Source: Chara braunii | Lineage: Eukaryota; Plantae; Charophyceae | Direction of reading: 5' to 3' | DNA length: 64,000 nucleotides | NCBI GenBank assembly: GCA_003427395.1 | Contig: BFEA01000017.1 | Span: 3,266,969-3,330,968 of the forward strand | Shown here: in pieces, positions 51,679 to 62,548 of the stretch | Layout of the letters: each line of letters starts with the position of its first letter | Numbering within the stretch: the stretch's first letter is position 1 | Translations under genes and position numbers: made by a program | Notes under the pieces: generated by a model | Database searches by the model: none | What the model saw: only the letters and a program-made list of their open reading frames with translations | What the model was told of the DNA's origin: nothing

Positions 51679-54600
51679 ACGTTGGATGTCCCGAAGGACG
51701 GGCTAGCCAATTTTCTACATTTCAAGGAAGCTCCCAAATGAATTCCTTAGTGATCTCATCTCTATAGTCCGGTAAGATGCTTGCTCGTAAAAGCTTATTC
51801 ATGTTTTGTGTGATGTGAAGGCGGTTCCTTGAGAAGGTCACGGAAAAGGTCCTTTCATCCAGCGAAAGGCCCTCGTCCAGCGAAAGCCCTTCATCCAGCG
51901 AAAGCCAACTATCTCAGCTGGTGATCCCAAAGTGTGCCACAGGGGTTGTGGGGAATCGAACCCACGACCTCCTGAAGGCCACCCACGTCCTCTACCAACT
52001 GCGTATTTGTTTGCCCCATCTTTTTTAGAACGTCTGACACCTGCACCGGAGGTAAAGCTGAACTTATTGCTATTCTGGAGATGATGGTGTCATTGCATTT
52101 GATTCCTGGGTTTCGTCTTCTCTTACTTCCCATCTGCCACTGCGGATGAGATCATCTCTTTCTGCGTCTTCCCTGAGAACTGGGTTTTGCGTACTTTGTC
52201 GTATGCTCAGAAGTGACATGAGTTTCTGCTCTCTGATTTCCTACTCTTCACTTCTAGCTTCATATCGTCATCTGCCTTGATGCTGATTTTGTGGACTGAG
52301 GGCTTTTTACGGTGATGTTTGTTGTTGATGTCCATTTGGAAACAGGGGGGGAGCATAGCCTCCGGCCGGAGGCTAGCACTGGGTGCATTGGCTTCTTGAG
52401 ATCCGGATCGGGTGGAAGCAAGCTGCCAGGTTCACCGGGGCCAACTGCAAAACGTTCTGCAACATTTACAGCTTCAAATAGAACGCAGGCCATACCACCA
52501 GCTTTTGCTGCCCCTCTGAAAAGTGTGGGTCCCCCAAGAAGAGTGACTCTTAATGATCCGACGTGCAGGGCACCCAGGGTAAAGGGTGGCGAGGTTGGCG
52601 GTAATGCACCGCGCTTGGTCCAAGAGAGGTCAAGGACGAATCTTCAAGGCGTAAAGGTGCCGGGCAATATCACACCTGGGACCAGAACACCCGGGACCAG
52701 AACACCCGGGACCAGAACTCCCGGGAACAGGACTCCAGGGAACAGAACACCAGGAGGACCATCATCGCCCTCGTTGCGGTCAAGGAGCAGACCGGTGTCT
52801 CCCTCCGGAAACAGTGAGCTCGATGCAGCTGAGGTAGCACAGCGTCTGAGGCTTGCAAGGAGCAGGCCACAATCGCCCACAAGCAGTGGCACAGTGGATA
52901 CTCGGTCAACGGACTCGGCGTGGACCAATCCGAATGGATGGAACTGCAGAAGCCGGCAGCAATCTCCCTCAACAAGTATGAGCTCTGCTCATGGTTCAGA
53001 TGATGGCCATGCTACTTGTGCCTCGGATGGCTGGAATGACAGAGCATCCCTGCGATCGGAGTCGTCATCAGTTATCTCGTCACCGTCTCTGTCACGACTG
53101 CCTGATATTGGAAACTTCTCTTTAGGCACTGGAGATCCTTCTGGAGATGGGAGGATTTCAGGTCTCCGGAAACCGTCACCAAGACTGAGTTTCTTCGAAT
53201 CGGTAAGCTCCAAACAATGATCGTTAAGAGTCAATTGGCTGTCGTAAGCTCCTAAAAACTATCTGTAAGAGCCAATTGGCTGTTTGCCCCCCCATCACGA
53301 GCCTGTGAATTATGCTAATCATACCCCACCCACTCACTGTATCTGGTCTTTGCATACTTATGAGTCATGATCAACAGGTGGCAGTACAAAGACCATGAAG
53401 AGAGAGATTTTGACGATTCAATGTCTGGTAAGTTTAAGTGACTAGCTGTCAGCGTTTTCCAGCGTGTATGAATGGAATTGAAGGTGGAACAAACACGGGT
53501 GTGAACCAAGCCGGACAAACATGTACCTGCAACTGTGCATGTTCTACGGCAGAGCACTACTTACCGAATGGAAATAGTGACACTGTTAGGCCCTGGAGAA
53601 AGATGAAAAGAGGATGGCGCCCGGAGTACAGTTCCTCGTTTCTGCATGCAACTATCAGACTTTTTCGAGTGCTTTTCTCCTTGACGAAAGGTACTGAAAC
53701 TAAGCTTACATCGTCTTCGGTTTGCGTGCAGGGTAAAGGAAGACGAAGGAACAGCGGTAGTGGTGGAGTCTCCTCTGCTGGCGCCTCGCGACTGCCTTCT
53801 CGTCCTCAGCATGGAACGAGGAAACCATTACCTAGACCCCCTCCGTATGCAAAGAAAGCTGTTCCACCAGGCTCGGCAGGAATGAAGACAGTTCAAGATG
53901 GCATTCCTGGAAAGCAACCGAGTGATAGGTGGCCCCAGGGGAGCACTGCGTCACGAATTCCAACAATGGCAGTTGCGTCTCTATACGGGGCCAAGAGCGG
54001 TGGTGGTGTTGGTGGTGTTCAACAGAGCTCGTCGATCCGCCAGTCTGCCCATGGAAATAGTGCAATCCAGCATGACGATTGCAAAGGCTCTCTATTGCGA
54101 GGAGGGCAGGCGAATGGTGCAGCAGTGCCTCATGCCCTTTCAACACGGGTTAGTTGGGACGATGCAAAGAAGTTAGTGGATGCTTTCTTCGAAAGCCAAG
54201 GGGTAAAGGACTCTGCGGCAGAACATGGGAACCCCATCCCTAGGAAAGTGTTCAGAGGCTCCAAATGCAGAAGAATGAGCTACGAGGACGTGTTTGCCAC
54301 CTCGTCAGTCGACAGTGGACAGCAGTCTTCTGTGGGGCTGCAGGAGAAGAACAGATCTTCAGTGGATGGGGAATTTGGGGACAGGACAGATGTTTCCTCC
54401 CGTGAAAACTCCCAAGTCGTATCTGAAAAGGCTAGCACTCAGAAGAGGCTTTCTGAAGGGGCTGATTCTCAGCAAAAGCAGTCCCAGCCAGCTGCTTGCC
54501 ATGGAAAGCAATCTCTTGAGACTGCTACAATGGTTCGCTGTAACGCACTCGGGGCAGTCGCTTCGCAGACGCAGCCAGCAGCAATGGTCGGAAATCCTCA

Positions 54601-57516
54601 GGAGATCGCCCAGACTTGTTCGGGGATGGAGATATGTTGTTCTTCAGCGAGGGGTTCGCACCCTTTGGCTTCAAGCACGTTGTCTGATGCTGTGTACGCA
54701 AAGCAGTGTGAGCGAGGCAGTTCCCAACTGGTGCGTGCTAGCAGCCCTCAGGCCAGAACTCCAGGTAAGAATCAGTTGGATCTCAACTCACTGGGGAATC
54801 GTCGGGATGCGGGGTCTGAGTCTTGTTGCAGGGACGGACTGATTGCTAATGGGGAACAAAGTCCTGGGGGCTCTGGGCACAAAAGCATATCGAGGGAGCA
54901 GCCTAGCGCTGCGGACAATGGGGCAATTTCTTTTGCCGGGACCGCTGTTCAGCGAGTTGTGACCGGAATGGGAAACATAGTAGTCAGCGAAGCGCAAAAC
55001 AGAGAAGGCAGGGCTTGCCACCTCAGCGCTTGTAGCGTGGCTGTTGGCGGTCCGCTTCCAAAAGCTAGAGACATGGGCTGCGCACATGAAGCTGGTGCGG
55101 TCGCCCCCCAGGCCAGTTTGGGCATACCTGGGCCTGAACAACCGGTTGGGACTAATGAAGGGGAGAGGGCAAGCACCGCAGAGACTCAGGGTGCTGGATC
55201 CAACAGTCAGTGTCATTTCCGGGTGGGTGATAAAAAAAAGAACGGCACCTCAAATGAGCAGATGTCAGTGGGGGAAACCGTGCAGTCGATAGGAACTTCG
55301 AGTGACCGTCAGGGTGATGTAGGTATTCCTGCTAGTAAACTAGAAAGCCGAGGGGTGGACGTAACGTTGAAATGGGAGGGGGAGGAGCAACCAGCGAAGA
55401 CGAGAGGTGGAAACACGGTGTCCGAGGCCAGTTGCTTGCCTGCAACTAATGATGTTGGGGATGATACGAGTAACTCGGCGTTGGGCTGGAGCACGTATAG
55501 CCATCTCAGAGAATCACGAGTTGATTTGGTTCAGAGGTCCGAATTGCGTCAGAGTCATCACGAGGCATTCGAGGTAGATGTGTTGGCGAAAGTCAGGAAT
55601 GTGCTGGCTGCCATAAGATTGGACAAGTCGACCGAAGCAAGGGTATTATCTGCAGCCAAGGATGCGGCAGAGCGGCAACCTCGTAGTAAAGCCTCTGTCC
55701 GCAAGACCAATGGGATGGTAGATGCCGATGTAGACACGTTTAGGACCAGGGAGCAGCCTGCTGGCCAGGATGTTGATGATTTGCGGACGGCTTGCGGGGA
55801 ACTACACATAGTGGTGTCTCCGAAAAATGTTCGTGTAGGGGAACCGGTTGGTCGTCAGTCCTTCCCGAAAGCGCGACGAGATAGTGATTCTAAGCTAGGA
55901 GGTGAGAGATTGAACAGTTGTCTGGTTGATGAGAAAAGTGGAGTGGGCAGTATGATGGCAAGTCAGACTCCCACTGGGGATGTGAGAATCTCCGACATGT
56001 GTGCCAAGGTGCACGAAGCATCTGTGACACCCTGTCGTTCTCGATCCAGTGAGGGGCCAAGAGAGGGGTCTGTATCTTTTTCATCACCTAATTTGGGAGG
56101 TGGAACAACGGTTGGCTGGTCCGTCCAGAGTCCTGAACAATGCATATCACCTGAACTTACAAGTTGTCATGGTCCTGCTAGGATGCGTTTCAAAAACTCG
56201 GAGCTTGAAAATGGGAACCCATGCCAGATCTCCGAGCATGAATGCCCACGGGATTCCAGGTCGCTCTTTCCTTCGTCTATCATTATGGCTCCTTTGAATT
56301 GTAGCAAAGGGTCGAGTAGGGACTTCCGTCTTCATAGTGGAGTTTCATCAGCTGTTGATTCAAGAAATGTTCCTGGGTGTTCAGTCGAACATGGTAATGG
56401 GACAAGGACTCAACCTACTAATCCGGGTGAGGGGGTACTCTCACTTGGTGTCTCGGATCTTGATCTTGAAGTGCGTAGGTCGATGAAGAGACGGCAGCCG
56501 TATTCTGACAAGGAGATGCAGAGAGTGGGAGGAGAGAATGAACACGTCGTGGCTGAAGAGAGTGGATCTGGGGATCGAGAGGGAAGAAGTGGTTACGTTT
56601 CCAATCGGGCAGAAATTCTCTCTCATAGCTTTGACATGTCTGCTGGGCAGCCGCTAGAGGATAGGGCGGCTCGAGCAGGTGTAACATCTCAAAACCCACT
56701 TGGAAATTCCTTTGGAAACGACGGTGGGTTTGCACGAAGTTCCCAGGACAAGGGTTTACCCGTTGGGCTTTGCAGTGATGGCACGTCGTTATCTTCTGAG
56801 GGTGGTCCTACATCTCCCCGAGATCCTTTTAGTGAGGAGCGCATTCAAGCACTCATTGAAGCTGGGACGGTGAGTGGAGCTCATTCTATATTCCTTTTGT
56901 TTTTTCTTTTATGTTGTTGTTGTTGTTGTTGTTGTTATTGAAATAATCACATGTTGTTTGAAATTCTCATGGCTATCGTCTTTCCCAGAACATGATGCAA
57001 ATGCGCTGCAAATGAGTACAACGCATGGGTTGCTTTCTATTCGAATACAAGGCACATGCGTTCTATTCGAACAGACCTTGTTTTCAAATACAACGCATAC
57101 GCTTTCTACTCGGATTTTTGAATTTATCGAAAACTCGAATACAACGCTTATGAATCATGTTTGGGGAAAGAAGATAGGGAGGGGCACACCATCTTCACTT
57201 GAAGATGATGTGGATATTGGAGATAGCTATGAAGCACACAGAACAATCTTCAATAACTCAGCAATGGCAATTGGTGTTCCATGTCGTGGAGGTTGCTGGT
57301 GCTCAGCAGAGCAAACGCTAAGTGTGTGCACCACCCTTCAGGCACGTGGTGCACTCCCTATCACCTACCTACCGCTTAAACCCCCAGTGCTTGGCCCAGC
57401 TATAGGCCGTGGGAAAAAAAATAGACTAGAGACGTTTCTAGTCGGATGAATTTGGGCGCTCCTGTAGTGGCCTGTACATTTTCTAAAGTCGTGGCCTATA
57501 GTATGAATTTTTATTT

Positions 57517-57547
<31 letters not shown>

Positions 57548-60500
57548 TTTTTTGCACTTCCTATCGCCTATGGCCACGTCGTCACCAATTTGTCCAGGAA
57601 ATAGTTGAATACACCCTTAGCGCTGACCCAGAAATGTCCGTATTTTCCATGGCATCTGACAAATGCACCCCTGGATGTAGCCAGATTCTGAGTCCAAGTT
57701 CGGACTGTAGTCTGTGGCTGGTCTGTTGTAGGGTTGTTTATAGTACTGCAGATTATGTTTTGGCCAGATTTCGGTGAAGCACAGGAGGCTGCTTGCCTTA
57801 GGGGTATATGATGCTCATTCTGCTCGGAAACGTGTCTTGTCGGTAAATGTGCGGGAGGACCTGTGCGTCGCCGGACAGATTCTGAGAAAAATAACTGGAT
57901 GCCTTGTTCTTCTTGCAAGCCGGTAAGAAGAAGAGATTGCGAGTGTGTAGGCAGTGGGAAAAGCGTGCGATAAAGGTTTTAAACCACCAGTACCTTTGCC
58001 GCTTGGGAAAATAGCGGGCCTCGGGTAGGCGTCCGACCTTTTCAGAGGCCGAAACGAAATGATGGCCGCCGATCAGATTTATCAATGGCAGTCGTCGTTG
58101 GGCCCGACCTCCGAATATTCAGGAGTTTGGCAAAACTGCCATTTTTCCCTATTTTCCCACGCGGGAAAGGTACTAGTTAACTCCAGCCGGTCATGCAGGG
58201 ACAAAGCAGAACAAGGCATCCAGTTATTAACTCCAGTCGGAAATGTGAATCCTGAGGTGGATTGGGTCCAACCCATGGGGGTGAGATTTATGTTACTCTG
58301 GCTAGCCTTTCTCATCTGAAAGGTCTTTCCAGATCCTTCTTCAGCATCATGCATAAAAAAGAACGAGTCTCCGGTGGTGGTTTTGACCATTAAGGACATT
58401 GAAACAGATGGCGACGGCAGTCGATCTGGAAGTGTGCCGACTGGAGATGACAGTTGTAACGTCCAGTTAGCACGCCTCCAGATTCACTGCAGTCTCTGGA
58501 TAGTTTCAGTTTCATTTGTGGCCAAAACTAGCACTGGGGACGTTTTTCTTTTTATGAACGCGAATGTAACATCACCAAGCCAAAAAAAAAACACCTGGGA
58601 ATGGTGCACAGATGATGAATCATGATGCCTCCTCTCCCAACTCGGTTTTTTTCTTTGCGAGTTCTGCTGGGCCCACGCATCCCAACGGAAGTTGCTTGGT
58701 CGTCTAATAAATTCGTTTTTTTCTCAACATAGCAAGACTGTTTTTTTTTTTTTTTTGCCTTGGTGATGTAACTATCGTGTCCGTAAAAAGAAACACGTCC
58801 CCAGTGCTAGTTTTGGCCATAAATGAAACTGAAACATTCCACAGAGACTGCAGTGAATCCGAAGTTGCTTGGTTTGTCTAATAAATTCCTTTTTCTCAAC
58901 ATAGCAAGACTAGCATGGCCCCTGCACTTTCAAGGATGACACGCATAAATCGAGAAATGGTCCATAAAAAATAAAAATAAAAATTCCTTTTTCTCAACAT
59001 AGCAAGACCGTGTGTGGCCAGTTCACACTACTTTGTGCCAAATGTGGGAAAACGACTGGCTTCCTGATTTGCTTCTCTAACGTCCACCATAGGTGTACTA
59101 GCAGTAAAAGAAAAAATAATGAATGAAAAGAAAGGTGTAGTGGCAGTTACGGGGGAGTTCGGGAGGGGGGGAAGGGGGGGAAGGGGGGGAAGAAAAGCAG
59201 TCAGAGTGGGGGAAGAAACGTGAAGAACGGGAAACTGAAATGAGACAACCAGACGAGGGCAGGATAAAACTCTTGGCTGTACCTGCCTTGCAGCTGAATC
59301 GAGAGATCATGAGCTCAAATACTGATGTGTACAATACCGTTAGGGGATAAGCTGAGATGACCCCTTAAGGAAAAAGAAGAAAGGCTCTTGGCTTTGGAGA
59401 GAGACGAGACCTCCACAGTTGATGTCCAGACATAGGTCATGAAAGAATTTGGCTGTTATGACATCCATTTCCCTATTTGATATGATGTCGTGTTATAGCA
59501 ACAGCCAGCTCCAGTTCGTGAACTGGACGCACAAATGGCCCAACATAGTGGGCTGAGAGGCGAGTGCTCCCTGTCCTGTGCATGTCTTGCCACAGGGAAT
59601 GACATGGTTGGCATAGGCTCTTCCTTTCTTCGGATGGCTAAGCCACACATTCCATCGGCAGCATTCGCATCCAGTAGTATAAGTAGGTGGTCGTAAAAGC
59701 ACCAGTACAGCCAGCTCCAGTTCGTGAATTGGACGCACGTAAAAGCACCAGTACACTCCGCATCGGCCTGCGGGTGTCCGCATGAAAACCGCACCACTTC
59801 GGAGGTGGCCGGTTTTTTTTTTCAACGGCGCCACAGGACGTGCTGACCCCTCCGAGTTTTGGTTGTGGTGACAAAACCTTTCTGCAAGGGTGGGGCCGTG
59901 TACTAGCGGCTTAAACCCGTAACCTTTCCTCCCAGGGTGGGTGTTGCATGCTTTGCCTGAATTGGATACTGTCTGCAATTGAACAGTGAGTGCCGTTGTA
60001 GGGATCTTTTCTCCGCTTTCCAGTCTGTCAGCAGATCTTGTTCTTTTGACATGTAGCTCACCTTGCTATTGTAGGAAAGCTGTGCGCCATTTGCCTCTGT
60101 CAGCAGATCTGCGAAAGGATGCCTCCTTCCCAAGGAAACAAATAGGTTGCCCTCTTACGTGAGGAAAGAAATGGATTCTCATCTTGCATCCATTTGAAAT
60201 GGCAAGCTTGCATTGTGGCGTGATTCATGTCCTCAGCCTTTCCTTGTGTTTTTTTTTTTTTTTTTGGCACTTCGGCCCCACTGGAATAGCCTATAAGCAC
60301 AGCAAAGTTTTTTTGAGACGATGACCTCTGCATTATTTTGTCTTGGTCTGCTTTTTTTTTTTTCACCCACGCGCTCACCTGCTTTACTCTCTTCGTTTGA
60401 CTGCGGCTTGTGTCTCCATATGCTTTAGTAACAACAAGTTCTAACAACGTTGTGCTGAGTTTGTTTTACCTTTTTTTTTTTTTCGAGGGACGATGGCCGC

Positions 60501-62457
60501 GAGATTTCATCATTGAATTGACCGGTACAGCTAATTCAGAATGATCTTTTTTTTTTTCTTTTTTTTTCTTTTTAAGAAATGATCTTATTCTGTTGCATCT
60601 GGATTCGTGCTCCGGTCTGTATATTTCAGCACTTCCTGGGTGTACCAACTGAACTACTCGTGTTGGCAGACGTTCAGTGGAGTTTCGTTTCTGAATTGGG
60701 AGTTTTTTTTTTGAAACCCATGTTCTTGTTGCCAGCGTGTCTGTGAGTGGACAGGCTACCGTCTTCACCCGAATAGAACGCACAGTCATTATAGCTGTAT
60801 TTGGGGCGATTTTCAGTCCAGATGCAGTCATAATGACTGGAAGTTCTAGTGGGGCGAAGACGGTAGGGCTTCCTGGAAAACAAAAACTGGGCACAGAAAA
60901 GGATTTGTTTTGTTTGATTTCAGTTTTTATGTCGTGAGACACAGTGGATGACTTTTGGGTGCTGTCTCTTAAGTTTTTCTTTCCTTCTCCTCTTTATGAG
61001 GGCATGGGCCTCGCTTCAGGACTCGCAGAATGTGCGAAATGGGAATGAATCTTTTGCTAGTACGTGGGAAGATACACCGTGATATTTTTTGTCTTTTGTG
61101 CATGTGAAGGGTAGTGGCACGAGGCCCCATGAGTGAAAAAGCTTGTATTGTGTGAAAAATATGGTTGGCTTTGAGAAAAATGAAAAGCGATACCAAAAGC
61201 TCTTTACTACCTTCTCAAAACTTGGAGTAGTAGTTACTGCGGGTGTAACCATTACGTAAAGCCATGTAGAGTGTTGTTGTCTACTGGAGCGAGGCGGCGA
61301 GGCCCCACGTATTGCAGAGTGATCTATGCGCAACTGGCCTGACACATTGTCAGTGCTCATATCGGTGAGTGAGATAGATGTCTTTTTTTTTTCCTGTGTG
61401 GGTGTGTGCATGTGTGCGTGTGTGCGTGTGTGTGTGCGTGTGTGCGTGTGGTAGCTTGAATATTTTACCTGACATTGGTCCTGTTGGCAGGATGTTCTGG
61501 CAGCCAAGAGTGGAAACGTAAGGCACTCGCCAACAGAGAAACCTCAGGAGGAGAAAGAACGGAACCCATGGTCGCCGGTAGGTTTTCTCTCACATTAAGT
61601 TGTCTAATGCCTATGCATGGCACTTATATAGGTATATATATATTGATGTCGTCTCGTTCATTGGCTGCTTCCTGAAGATCCGAGCTTGTTCGTGTCTGGT
61701 CGTCTTCTTCTTTTTTAATATGGACCATTTCTCGATTTGTGTGTCATCCTTGCCCAGTGGCCATTTCTAATCTTCTGTGTATCATTTCAATTTTAACGGA
61801 TACCCCGAAGGACATCGTGTCTGGTCTTCTAGAGCCTCTCCTAACTCAATCAAGCTGATCGAGTAGCGCTGTGCATGGCACTTCGCATCAACTGACTTAC
61901 ATACGTTCTCTCTTGAGTGTTTGTTTCTACATTCTCTCTCGAGTGTTTGTTTCTATTTGTCTGTCGACGGCTTGATGCTAGCTTGCAAGCAACCACAAGA
62001 AGGAAGGGTTCGACCTCGCAAGCCAGGCTGCATTGTCATACTCATTGCTTCTCTCCTTTGTTTTTTAGTCTAATTTATTAGACACCCAAGTAACATAATC
62101 ATTGAAAGAGACAGCTTCCACTACAATAGGCATAAAGGCATAATTGGTACCACAAAGTTCTCTACATTGACCATAGTAAACTCCTCGTGTGATAAAGACG
62201 GAAGTCTGATTTAAACGACCAGGTAGGGCATCACATTTGACCCCTAAGGAAGGTACTGCCCAACTGTGAAGTACATCAGCAGATGAGTTTTGTTGCCTTA
62301 GAAATATGCTCTTGGCCCCTCCTGTCGGTTAGACTGTCATTTTGCAAACTCTAGGCTGGGTAGTGCACACTCCACTCCCCCTTATCATCTTCAGTTTTCC
62401 AATCGGTTGACTGAACTGTATGATACATACACACACACACACAGACACGCACGCACG

Positions 62458-62548
<91 letters not shown>

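Noticed and set aside
51598-51699. Functional U6 gene
   Set aside because: Poly(A) tail and TSD indicate retroposition; no upstream USE/TATA promoter recognised.
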